Assembly (NCBI GenBank): GCA_002375895.1
Contig: DFND01000043.1
Coordinates: forward strand, 4,033-68,032
Origin: Firmicutes bacterium UBA3576
GTDB taxonomy: Bacteria > Bacillota > Sulfobacillia > UBA3569
Direction: 5' to 3'
Length of the DNA stretch: 64,000 nucleotides
Shown: positions 9,264 through 17,965 of the stretch, piece after piece
Layout of the letters: the number at the start of each line of letters is the position of its first letter
How positions within the stretch are numbered: position 1 is the first letter of the stretch
The notes under the pieces: model-generated
Databases searched by the model: none
What the model saw: only the letters and a program-made list of their open reading frames with translations
Told to the model about the DNA's origin: nothing
Made by a program: the position numbers and the translations under genes

Positions 9264-9285
9264 CTATTGGATTTTCCTATCGGAG

Positions 9286-9678
9286 TTGAAGGATTGCGTG
9301 TTGACCCTGCAGCAAGTGAAGGACATCCTTAAGGCCGAAGTGCTGGTGGGTAATGACCAGATGGGTCGCGTCGTGACTAGCGGTTTTGGGTGCGACCTCA
9401 TGAGCGATGTTTTGGCCTTTGCACCTCCGGGTGCGCTGTTGCTTACCGGCATAACGAATGCCCAAGTTGTGCGGGCCGCTCAGATGGTGGATGCGGCGGC
9501 AGTGGTATTCGTACGAGGAAAGCGACCTTTGCCCACTGAGCCAGTGCTGGAGATGGCCAAGGATATCAGGCTGCCGCTTCTCACCACTCGATACCTTCTC
9601 TATGACAGCTGCGGCCTGCTGTACTGCGCGGGTCTGAAAGGGTGTACTGAGGATGGTGGTAGACAGGGAGCAGAATGA
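9286..9678 (+). CDS. DRTGG domain protein
   Basis: DRTGG-like sequence (LLLTGITNAQVVRAAQMVDAAAVVFVRG); TTG start with RBS; 130 aa. Confidence 0.65.
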   Translation: MKDCVLTLQQVKDILKAEVLVGNDQMGRVVTSGFGCDLMSDVLAFAPPGALLLTGITNAQVVRAAQMVDAAAVVFVRGKRPLPTEPVLEMAKDIRLPLLTTRYLLYDSCGLLYCAGLKGCTEDGGRQGAE

Positions 9679-9757
9679 ATCTCGCCCTTTCGGTGCCGGA
9701 GGACGTGAACCAGCCCGGTCCCCTGCACCGCTTATCCTCGAGTTTCCCGTAAGGGGC

Positions 9758-10156
9758 ATGGACTTCGTCTCCGCGGGAGATGCGGCTGCTAAGGTGAAAA
9801 AGACGCTAATCCAGGTGGGCATGCCCGATGGCGTGGTCCGTCGGGCGGCCATAGCCACCTACGAGGCGGAGATGAACATCGTGATCCATGCGCGGGAGGG
9901 AGCCATAAAAGCCTCCATAACTTCAGACCAAGTGGAGATCGTGGCCACCGATGTGGGCCCCGGTATTACGGACATATCCTTGGCTATGCAGGAAGGCTAC
10001 TCAACCGCGCCTCCTCATATCCGCGAGATGGGGTTCGGTGCTGGCATGGGCTTGCCCAATATCAAGCGCTGTGCCGATGAGCTGGACATACAGTCTGAGG
10101 TGGGCAAGGGCACGCAGGTGCGGATCATCATAAAGCGAAGCGGTGAGGGTCAATGA
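9758..10156 (+). CDS. GHKL-type ATPase (anti-sigma regulatory factor / histidine-kinase-like ATP-binding protein)
   Basis: N-box and G-box motifs (IVIHAREGAI..., TDVGPGI, GFGAGMGLPNI); RBS AAGGGG before ATG 9758; 132 aa. Confidence 0.7.
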   Translation: MDFVSAGDAAAKVKKTLIQVGMPDGVVRRAAIATYEAEMNIVIHAREGAIKASITSDQVEIVATDVGPGITDISLAMQEGYSTAPPHIREMGFGAGMGLPNIKRCADELDIQSEVGKGTQVRIIIKRSGEGQ

Positions 10157-11490
10157 CCGAGCATTTCCATTCAGTTACCCTGGACCGCGACAAGTGCAAG
10201 GGTTGCACCAACTGCATAAAGCGGTGTCCCATCGAGGCCATCAGGGTGCGCGCCGGCAAGGCCTGTATCATCGAGGAGCGCTGCATCGACTGTGGTGAGT
10301 GTATCCGCATCTGTCCCAATCACGCCAAGATCGCAGTCAGCGATACCATGGAGGTAGTGGCCAAGTTTCGACATGCCATCGCACTTCCAGCACCCTCCCT
10401 TTTCGGGCAGTTCCGGCAGGAGGTTTCCCCGAGCAGAGTGCTGGGAGCCCTCCTCGAGGTGGGGTTTGACGAGGTTTTCGAGGTGGCGGTGGCTGCGGAG
10501 GCAGTGAGCTACGCTTTCCGCCGAGCCCTGAAGCTAGGTGTGGCACGGCGCCCCATGATATCGTCGGCATGTCCGGCGGTCATCAGGCTGATGCAGGTGA
10601 GGTTTCCCAGTCTTCTTGACCACATCGTGCGTATCAAGTCCCCCATGGAGGTGGCTGCCAGGCTGGCCAAGGAGCGTGCCTTGGCCGACGGGAGGTTCAA
10701 ACCGGAGGAAGTGGGCGCCTTTTTCATCACTCCGTGCCCGGCCAAAGTCACAGCGGTAAAGCAGCCCGTGGGTACCAGTGAATCCGCGGTAGACGGGGTC
10801 ATTTCCATGTCTTTGATATATGGAGAAGTGCTCACACGCCTGGACCGGGGGCGAGAGGTCGCACCTCAGGCTACCGCCGCCGGGATCGGTTGGGGGCGTG
10901 CCGGAGGCGAGGCGATGGCGGTGGGGCGGGGAACTCTGCTGGCGGTGGATGGTATCCACTACGTCATCTCCGTACTAGAGGAGCTGGAACGGGGACGACT
11001 GGGTGATGTCGATTTCATAGAGGCTCAGGCTTGTGTGGGGGGCTGCGTGGGAGGCCCGCTGGTGGTCCAAAACCCCTTTGTAGCTCGGGTGCGCTTACGG
11101 CAGCTGGCGGAGCAGCATTGGGATAAGCGAAGCGTTCTAGACATGGACTATTTGGAGGATCGTTTCGCCCGGGGTTACTTCGACATGCGAGGGGAAATAC
11201 TCCCTCGTCCCGTCATGAAGCTGGACGAAGACATCGACCGAGCCATAGTGAAGATGAAACTGCTGGAGGAAACGCTGGAGCGGCTACCAGGCTTGGATTG
11301 CGGTTCCTGCGGGTCGCCCAGCTGCCGCGCGCTGGCCGAGGACATCGTGCGTCAGGACGCCATGGAGACCGATTGCATTTTCAAGCTGCGCGAGCGGGTG
11401 CAGGAGCTCGCCGAGCAGGTGGTGGACCTGGCCCGGAAGGTGCCGCCGGCCATGAGTACCGAAAGCGAGAAGGGCGGTGAAGAGAGGTGA
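10153..11490 (+). CDS. [FeFe]-hydrogenase-like (putative sensory/regulatory) protein with N-terminal 2x[4Fe-4S] ferredoxin domain
   Basis: CxxCxxCxxxCP x2 at the N-terminus. The H-cluster motifs are L1 SSACPAV (degenerate versus TSCCPxW), L2 TPCPAK, L3 EAQACVGGCVGGP. The C-terminus has CGSCGSPSC; no PAS domain was seen. Confidence 0.75.
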   Translation: MTEHFHSVTLDRDKCKGCTNCIKRCPIEAIRVRAGKACIIEERCIDCGECIRICPNHAKIAVSDTMEVVAKFRHAIALPAPSLFGQFRQEVSPSRVLGALLEVGFDEVFEVAVAAEAVSYAFRRALKLGVARRPMISSACPAVIRLMQVRFPSLLDHIVRIKSPMEVAARLAKERALADGRFKPEEVGAFFITPCPAKVTAVKQPVGTSESAVDGVISMSLIYGEVLTRLDRGREVAPQATAAGIGWGRAGGEAMAVGRGTLLAVDGIHYVISVLEELERGRLGDVDFIEAQACVGGCVGGPLVVQNPFVARVRLRQLAEQHWDKRSVLDMDYLEDRFARGYFDMRGEILPRPVMKLDEDIDRAIVKMKLLEETLERLPGLDCGSCGSPSCRALAEDIVRQDAMETDCIFKLRERVQELAEQVVDLARKVPPAMSTESEKGGEER

Positions 11491-11828
11491 AGGTGAGAGA
11501 TCTGGTGAGGGCCCTCGATCTGAAGGTGAGAACGACCGAGTGCTCGTTGGATGGTGAGGTCACCGGGGCCTACTGCTCGGACATGTTAAGCGACGTGATC
11601 GGGCATGCCAGCGAGGGTCAGGTCTGGCTGACCATACAGACCCACCAGAATGTGGCTGCGGTGGCCAGCTTGCTGAACCTCAGCGCGGTGGTGGTCACGG
11701 CCGGGAAAGAACCCTCTGCGGAGCTACTCGCCAAGGCCCAAAGAGAAGGGACCCCGATTCTCACTACCGACCGCACCACCTTCGAGGCGGCGGGGCGGTT
11801 GTACGCGCTTTTAAGCAGGGATGGATGA
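11487..11828 (+). CDS. DRTGG domain protein (second copy)
   Basis: 113 aa; start overlaps the upstream stop (GTGA-type overlap). Also similar to CBS-associated DRTGG modules. Confidence 0.6.
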   Translation: MKVRDLVRALDLKVRTTECSLDGEVTGAYCSDMLSDVIGHASEGQVWLTIQTHQNVAAVASLLNLSAVVVTAGKEPSAELLAKAQREGTPILTTDRTTFEAAGRLYALLSRDG

Positions 11829-12573
11829 AATGCGTTGGTATTCAGCAGACCTTCACATCCATACTGCTCTATCTCCTTGCGCGGGAGCGGACATGACGCC
11901 GGCCGTCATCGCGGAGGAGCTGGCGGTCGCCCAAGTGCGGCTGGCCGCGGTCACCGACCATAACTCCTGCGAGAACGTCCAAGCGGTGACGGCGGCCCTG
12001 GCCAGCAGGGGGATCGCGTGCCTGGCGGGGATGGAAGTGGAGACTCGGGAGGAAGTGCACGTGTTGTGTTTTCTCCCCCAGCTGGAGGCAGCCTGGGACT
12101 GGCAGGAATGGGTGTACCGCCACCTGCCGTACCGTCCCAACGATGAGCGAAGGTTCGGGCCCCAGATTCGCTTCACGGCCGATGGGCAACCGGCGGGTCA
12201 AGTGGAGCGGCTCCTGGCGCTTTCTATAGAGGCTTCCCTGGACGAAGTCGTGGCTGAGGTCAAGGCCCGGGGAGGGTTATGCATACCGGCTCACGTGGAC
12301 CGTCCCGCGTACAGTCTGTTAGCCATGCTGGGGGTGATTCCCGAGGGGCTCGACGTGCCGGCACTGGAGATCTCTCCTTACGCCCGCGAGCAGGAGGTGC
12401 GCCAGCAGCTGGGAGGTCTTGGAGGTTATCGAATCGTCTCTTTCTCTGACGCCCACCACCCCAGCGGCATAGTGCCGGCGAGGACCACATTCTACATCGA
12501 TAGCCCAGTCCTGGAAGAAATCCGTCTGGCGTTACGAGGCGAGGCCGGGCGGCAGGTAGTGGTGTTGGATTAG
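11821..12573 (+). CDS. PHP domain protein (hydrogenase-associated)
   Basis: ADLHIHT, TDHN and HVDRP metal-ligand motifs; 250 aa. Confidence 0.75.
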   Translation: MDEMRWYSADLHIHTALSPCAGADMTPAVIAEELAVAQVRLAAVTDHNSCENVQAVTAALASRGIACLAGMEVETREEVHVLCFLPQLEAAWDWQEWVYRHLPYRPNDERRFGPQIRFTADGQPAGQVERLLALSIEASLDEVVAEVKARGGLCIPAHVDRPAYSLLAMLGVIPEGLDVPALEISPYAREQEVRQQLGGLGGYRIVSFSDAHHPSGIVPARTTFYIDSPVLEEIRLALRGEAGRQVVVLD

Positions 12574-12624
12574 GCAAGAGGACTCTAGGGCCCAGGAGAT
12601 CTGCTGAAAGGAGGAGCGGCGTTC

Positions 12625-13179
12625 ATGGAATTGTCCTCATGCAGTTGCCGAGCCATGGGACAGGCAGCCGTCGATGAAGACATGCTGAAGGTGGCCGATG
12701 AGGTGGTGGCAAAGTATCGGGACAAGCCGGGGCCACTGATACAAGTTCTGCATGAGATCCAGGTACGGCTGGGATACCTGCCCCGAGAGGTGCTGGTCAG
12801 GGTAGCTGAAGGATTGGGAGTGCCGTTGAGCGACGTTTCCGGAGCGGTCACTTTCTACGGCCTGTTCTCCCTCAAGCCCAAAGGAAGGCACACCATATCG
12901 GTGTGCATGGGCACGGCCTGTTACGTCCGCGGCAGCGACCGCATCATTGAGAGGCTGGAGAAGGACCTGAAGGTCAAGGTGGGAGATACGACGCAGGACG
13001 GCAAGTTCTCCCTTCAAGTGGTGCGTTGTGTGGGCGCCTGTGGTTTGGCTCCTGTCGTCACGGTGGACAACGACGTATACGCGCGGGTGAAGCCGGAAGG
13101 GATCCCCGCCATCCTGAACAGGTACGACGGGGAGGCAGAGCGCACGCAAGATGGAAGAGCTCGCGCTGTACATTCTTGA
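12625..13179 (+). CDS. hydC: NuoE-like [2Fe-2S] subunit of the NADH-dependent [FeFe] hydrogenase (HydC)
   Basis: Thioredoxin-like 2Fe-2S motifs (ISVCMGTACYVRG...VVRCVGACGLAPV); 184 aa. Confidence 0.85.
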   Translation: MELSSCSCRAMGQAAVDEDMLKVADEVVAKYRDKPGPLIQVLHEIQVRLGYLPREVLVRVAEGLGVPLSDVSGAVTFYGLFSLKPKGRHTISVCMGTACYVRGSDRIIERLEKDLKVKVGDTTQDGKFSLQVVRCVGACGLAPVVTVDNDVYARVKPEGIPAILNRYDGEAERTQDGRARAVHS

Positions 13180-13705
13180 CCTGGTTCAAAACTCCATTGA
13201 AGCCGGTGCCGATCGGGTCTGCGTCTTCCTCGATCAGTGTGCAGCTGATGGTAAGATAGTCATCGAAGTACGGGACAATGGTCGCGGAATGGACGAGGCC
13301 GCGCGGGCTGCGGCATTTGATCCCTTTTATACCACTCGCACCACGCGGCGCCTAGGTCTAGGGCTGGCGCTGCTCCGAGCAGCAGCCGAGGCCACCCGAG
13401 GGTGGGTGGAGTTGGAGTCCCAGGTAGGAGCGGGCACCCGGGTTAAGGCGGTTTTCGATGCCTCCCACATCGACTGCCCTCCGCTGGGTGATGTGCCGAC
13501 GACTCTGGCGGTGATCCTGGCTGCCAATCCGGACCTGGAGCTCTGTTATCGGCATCGGTTTGGAGACCGTGAGTTCAGCTTCACCAGCAGCGAGCTCCGG
13601 GCGCGATTGGGCGAAGTCGCGTTGAATGATCCGACCGTGTTTCAGTGCTTGCGGGAGTTATTCGCCGAGAGTCTGGATAACCTGCACGGAGGTGTTAACC
13701 CATGA
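13151..13705 (+). CDS. GHKL ATPase-like protein (hydrogenase-associated, HydD-like)
   Basis: N-terminal LVQNSIEAGA...DNGRGM histidine-kinase-like ATPase motifs; 184 aa; coupled between hydC and the ferredoxin gene. Confidence 0.6.
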   Translation: MEELALYILDLVQNSIEAGADRVCVFLDQCAADGKIVIEVRDNGRGMDEAARAAAFDPFYTTRTTRRLGLGLALLRAAAEATRGWVELESQVGAGTRVKAVFDASHIDCPPLGDVPTTLAVILAANPDLELCYRHRFGDREFSFTSSELRARLGEVALNDPTVFQCLRELFAESLDNLHGGVNP

Positions 13706-14064
13706 AATCGTTGCAGGACCTGGAAAGGATTAGGCTCAAGGCCCAGGAGCGCATGCGGGTTCGCGAGGGGGAGGGAGCCACCAAGATTGCGGTGGGCATG
13801 GGCACTTGTGGTATCGCGGCCGGGGCCCGTGACGTCATGGCGGCGATCTTGGACGAAGTGGCAAAGCGGAAGCTCGCTGACGTTACCGTGACCCAAACGG
13901 GGTGTGTGGGTCTGTGTGAGTACGAGCCTCTGGTGGACGTGATCTTGCCGGGCCAGCAGAAAGTGACCTACGCCCGGGTGGACGCGGACAAGGCCCGCCA
14001 GATTGTGGCTCGGCACGTGGTGAACCGGCAGATCATTGGAGATTGGGTTCTTGCCAGGAGCTAG
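13702..14064 (+). CDS. Thioredoxin-like (2Fe-2S) ferredoxin
   Basis: GMGTCGIAAG...TGCVGLCEYEP cysteine pattern; 120 aa. Confidence 0.75.
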   Translation: MKSLQDLERIRLKAQERMRVREGEGATKIAVGMGTCGIAAGARDVMAAILDEVAKRKLADVTVTQTGCVGLCEYEPLVDVILPGQQKVTYARVDADKARQIVARHVVNRQIIGDWVLARS

Positions 14065-14088
14065 CGACCAAGAGGGGGGCTCTTCGTC

Positions 14089-15876
14089 ATGCAGCAATAC
14101 CGTGCCCACGTTCTGGTATGCGGCGGGACGGGATGCGTGTCTTCGGGCTGCCACGCAGTCAAAGAGGCGCTGCTCGAGGGACTGAAAACCCATGATCTCG
14201 CGGATGAAGTCCTAGTGGTGAAAACAGGGTGTATGGGACCCTGTGATATGGGTCCGCTGATCGTGGTCTATCCTGAGGGTGTGCTCTACCGGCAGCTGAC
14301 GCCGGAGAGTGCCTTGCGGATTGTGGAGGAGCACCTGCTCAAGGGGCGGGTGGTCGAGGATCTCGTCTACCGGACTGAAAATCTGAAACCAGTACCGGTA
14401 CTGGAGGAGATCAGCTTCTTTTCCCGGCAGACTCGAATTGCCCTGCGCAATACTGGACTGATCGACCCCGAATCCATAGAGGAATACATTGCCCGTGATG
14501 GGTACCTGGCTCTGGCACGGGTCCTCCAGCAGGGCGACCCGGAAGCGGTCATCGCTGAGGTGAAAAAGTCCGGATTACGGGGCCGCGGCGGTGGGGGGTT
14601 CCCCACCGGTCTCAAGTGGGAGTTCACCGCCCGCGCTCCGGGGCAACCCAAGTACCTGGTGTGCAATGCCGATGAAGGGGACCCGGGGGCGTTCATGGAC
14701 CGTTCCATTCTGGAAGGTGACCCCCATAGCGTGCTGGAGGCCATGGCCATTGCCGGGTTTGCCGTGGGCGCCAACCAGGGGTACGTGTACGTGCGTGCCG
14801 AATATCCGCTGGCGGTGCAGCGTCTCTCGGTGGCCATCGAGCAGGCTCGACGGTACGGGACGCTGGGTTCCAACATCTTTGGGACCGGATTCGATTTCGA
14901 TGTGGAAATCCGGGTGGGTGCCGGCGCCTTCGTGTGCGGCGAGGAGACGGCGTTGCTGGCTTCCATCGAGGGCAAGCGCGGCGAACCCCGCCCGCGGCCG
15001 CCCTTCCCGGCGACGGAAGGGTTGTGGGGGAAGCCGACGCTCATCAACAACGTGGAGACCTTTGCCAATATCCCGCCCATCATCCTGGGGGGAGGCGAGT
15101 CCTTCGCCTCCATCGGTGCCGAGAAGAGCAAGGGGACCAAGGTGTTTGCCCTGGCGGGCAAGATCAGGAACACCGGGCTGGTGGAGGTGCCCATGGGAAT
15201 TACCCTGCGCGAGATCATCTACGACATCGGCGGGGGAATTCCGGACGGGAAAAAGTTCAAGGCGGCTCAGATCGGCGGTCCGTCAGGAGGCTGCATCCCC
15301 GCGCCCTGCCTGGACGTACCCGTCGACTATGAATCCATGGCCGAGCTTGGCACCATGATGGGCTCCGGCGGTCTGGTGATTATGGATGAAGATACCTGCA
15401 TGGTGGACGTGGCCAAGTTCTTCATCGAGTTCTGCAAGGACGAGTCCTGCGGGAAGTGCGCTCCGTGCCGCATAGGCGTCAAGCGAATGCTGGAGACCCT
15501 GGAACGCATCACCACCGGCGAGGGGCGGGAAGGCGACCTCGAGCTACTGGAGGAGCTCGGTCAGCAGATCAAGGACTCCGCGCTGTGCGGCCTTGGGCAA
15601 ACAGCGCCGAATCCAGTACTGAGCACCATCAGGTACTTCCGCGAAGAATACGAGGCGCACGTGCGCGATAAGTGCTGTCCCGCCAAGGTGTGCAAGGCGC
15701 TGCTGGAGTACCGGATCTTGGCCGATGTCTGTGTTGGGTGCGGCGCGTGCAAGAAAGCGTGTCCGGTAGGGGCCATTATGGGTGAGCGCAGACAGCCGCA
15801 CGAGATCAATACCGCGGTGTGCACGCGATGCGGAGCCTGTGTGGAGGCTTGCCGCTTCGATGCAATTGTCAGGTAA
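14089..15876 (+). CDS. hydB: NuoF-like NAD(P)H-binding flavoprotein subunit of the [FeFe] hydrogenase (HydB)
   Basis: N-terminal 2Fe-2S, then GRGGGGFPTG (FMN site), CNADEGDPGAFMDR, the SCGKCAPCR 4Fe-4S motif, and C-terminal 2x[4Fe-4S]; 595 aa. Confidence 0.9.
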   Translation: MQQYRAHVLVCGGTGCVSSGCHAVKEALLEGLKTHDLADEVLVVKTGCMGPCDMGPLIVVYPEGVLYRQLTPESALRIVEEHLLKGRVVEDLVYRTENLKPVPVLEEISFFSRQTRIALRNTGLIDPESIEEYIARDGYLALARVLQQGDPEAVIAEVKKSGLRGRGGGGFPTGLKWEFTARAPGQPKYLVCNADEGDPGAFMDRSILEGDPHSVLEAMAIAGFAVGANQGYVYVRAEYPLAVQRLSVAIEQARRYGTLGSNIFGTGFDFDVEIRVGAGAFVCGEETALLASIEGKRGEPRPRPPFPATEGLWGKPTLINNVETFANIPPIILGGGESFASIGAEKSKGTKVFALAGKIRNTGLVEVPMGITLREIIYDIGGGIPDGKKFKAAQIGGPSGGCIPAPCLDVPVDYESMAELGTMMGSGGLVIMDEDTCMVDVAKFFIEFCKDESCGKCAPCRIGVKRMLETLERITTGEGREGDLELLEELGQQIKDSALCGLGQTAPNPVLSTIRYFREEYEAHVRDKCCPAKVCKALLEYRILADVCVGCGACKKACPVGAIMGERRQPHEINTAVCTRCGACVEACRFDAIVR

Positions 15877-16071
15877 GGCGGGCAGGAGGTTACCATCGAC
15901 GCATTGACATAGACGGCAGACGGATCACCGTGCCGAGGGGCACCGCCGTCCGCGGAGTTACCCTGACTGGGGTGAGGATGCGGAGGGGCGGATGAAAGTG
16001 AAGGATATGTGGCCTTGGGGCCACCTGGTGCTCACGGTCGCCTTAGCCTCAACCTGATGGGAGGGTGAATC

Positions 16072-17796
16072 ATGGGTACGGTCACATTGACCATAGACAA
16101 TCAGAAGAAAAGGGTCCCGGAGGGCGCCACCATCCTGGAGGCTGCCCGCCAGGTCGGCATAAAGATACCTACGCTGTGCTATCTGGAAGGATTCAGCCCC
16201 CTGGGAGCCTGTCGCATCTGTCTGGTGGAGGTGAAAGGAGCCCGGGCCTTGCAGCCGGCCTGTGCGACCCGTGTGAGTGACGGCATGGAGGTCATCACCA
16301 GTTCGCCCAGAGTCCGGAAGGCCCGGAGGACCACCCTGGAGCTGATCCTCTCGGACCATCCCTACGAGTGCCCCACCTGCATCCGCAACCTCAACTGCGA
16401 GCTGCAGGATCTGGCCGAGGCCTTCGGGATCCGCGCAGTGCGCTTCGAGGGAGAGCGGTTCCCTCGGCCGCTGGATGATTCCGGGCCGGCACTGGTACGG
16501 GAGATGGAAAAATGCATCCTCTGCCGGCGGTGCGTACAGGTGTGCGAGCACCTGCAGTCGGTCAAGGCCATCGCTCCCCAGGAACGGGGTTTTGAGACCG
16601 TGATCGCCCCGCCCTTTGGGGTTGACCTGGTGGATGTGGATTGTGTGTTCTGCGGTCAGTGTACACTGGTCTGTCCCACCGGAGCTTTACACGAACGCGA
16701 CAGCACCGCTGAGGTGTGGGCAGCCTTGGCCGATCCGCGCAAGCACGTGGTGGTCCAGACGGCCCCGGCCACCCGAGTCTCGGTGGGCGAGGGGCTGGGC
16801 ATGGAGCCCGGGAGCGACGTCACTGGGCAGCTGGTGACAGCGCTACGGCGTCTGGGGTTTGACCGGGTGTTCGACACTACCTTCGGTGCTGACCTCACCA
16901 TCGTGGAGGAAGCCCACGAGCTGATTCAGCGTATCCAGGAAGGCGGCCGACTGCCGATGATCACCTCCTGTAGCCCGGGGTGGGTCAAGTTCATTGAGCA
17001 TAACTATCCACATCTGCTGGATCATCTGTCCACCTGCAAATCTCCACAGCAGATGTTGGGCGCTCTGGTCAAGACCTACTATGCCCGCAAAGCAGGCCTA
17101 GATCCGGCCGACATCTACGTGGTCTCCATCATGCCCTGCACAGCCAAGAAGTTCGAAGCTGTACGGGACGAGATGCGAGACAGCGGTTACCAGGACGTGG
17201 ACGCGGTGCTGACCACCCGGGAACTTTGCCGCATGCTGAAGGAGGCAGCGATCGATTTTTCCAACCTACCTGAAGAGGATTACGATGCACCGCTGGGGAT
17301 AGGTACCGGGGCAGCGGCGCTCTTCGGAGCCAGCGGCGGGGTGATGGAGGCGGCCCTGCGCACCGCCTACGAGGTGATTACCGGCAAGACGCTGGAACCC
17401 CTGGAGTTCACCCCGGTCCGAGGGCTCAAGGGCATCAAGGAAGCTGCGCTAGATGTTGACGGCCTCGAGTTAAAGGTGGCGGTGGCTCATACCCTGGGTA
17501 ATGCTCGTAAGTTACTGGACCTGGTCGATGCGGGCCAGGCGGACTACCACTTCATAGAGGTCATGGCTTGTCCAGGAGGGTGCATCGGTGGCGGCGGGCA
17601 ACCGATTCCCAGCAACGACGCGATCAGGGCCAGGCGGGTGGCTGCGATGTACACGGTGGACGAGAGGATGACCTTGCGGAAATCCCACGAGAATCCGGCC
17701 CTAAAGCAGCTGTACGCAGAGTTCTTAGGCAAGCCGCTAGGTCACCGGTCGCACGAACTCTTACACACCCACTACACCCGACGCTCGAGGTACTGA
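16072..17796 (+). CDS. hydA: [FeFe] hydrogenase catalytic subunit (HydA, M3-type with N-terminal 2Fe-2S and Fe-S domains)
   Basis: L2 MPCTAKKFE and L3 EVMACPGGCIGGGGQP are canonical. L1 reads TSCSPGW instead of TSCCPGW. 574 aa. Confidence 0.9.
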   Translation: MGTVTLTIDNQKKRVPEGATILEAARQVGIKIPTLCYLEGFSPLGACRICLVEVKGARALQPACATRVSDGMEVITSSPRVRKARRTTLELILSDHPYECPTCIRNLNCELQDLAEAFGIRAVRFEGERFPRPLDDSGPALVREMEKCILCRRCVQVCEHLQSVKAIAPQERGFETVIAPPFGVDLVDVDCVFCGQCTLVCPTGALHERDSTAEVWAALADPRKHVVVQTAPATRVSVGEGLGMEPGSDVTGQLVTALRRLGFDRVFDTTFGADLTIVEEAHELIQRIQEGGRLPMITSCSPGWVKFIEHNYPHLLDHLSTCKSPQQMLGALVKTYYARKAGLDPADIYVVSIMPCTAKKFEAVRDEMRDSGYQDVDAVLTTRELCRMLKEAAIDFSNLPEEDYDAPLGIGTGAAALFGASGGVMEAALRTAYEVITGKTLEPLEFTPVRGLKGIKEAALDVDGLELKVAVAHTLGNARKLLDLVDAGQADYHFIEVMACPGGCIGGGGQPIPSNDAIRARRVAAMYTVDERMTLRKSHENPALKQLYAEFLGKPLGHRSHELLHTHYTRRSRY

Positions 17797-17811
17797 ACTT
17801 GGCCGAACCGC

Positions 17812-17850
17812 GGGGTGGAGAGCCTTTCCCCACTCTCCACCCCGGTTTCT
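17812..17850 (+). terminator. Intrinsic terminator after hydA
   Basis: Perfect 11-bp stem GGGGTGGAGAG/CTCTCCACCCC, a 10-nt loop, then GGTTTCT. Confidence 0.7.
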
Positions 17851-17965
17851 CATCGTCGGGAGGAGCGCTGTCTTAGTGGGCTTTGCCACCCGCCCGATCA
17901 TAAGGCCTCAAGGCAGTGAGCGCCCTTTGAGCCTGGCTATGCTCGGTGGGTGCCTTCTATGTCCC

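Noticed and set aside
15958-16551. 197-aa minus-strand ORF overlapping the hydB-hydA spacer and the hydA 5' end
   Set aside because: It is antisense to the strongly supported hydA, has no recognisable domain, and looks like a typical GC shadow ORF. The 195-bp spacer is more plausibly regulatory.
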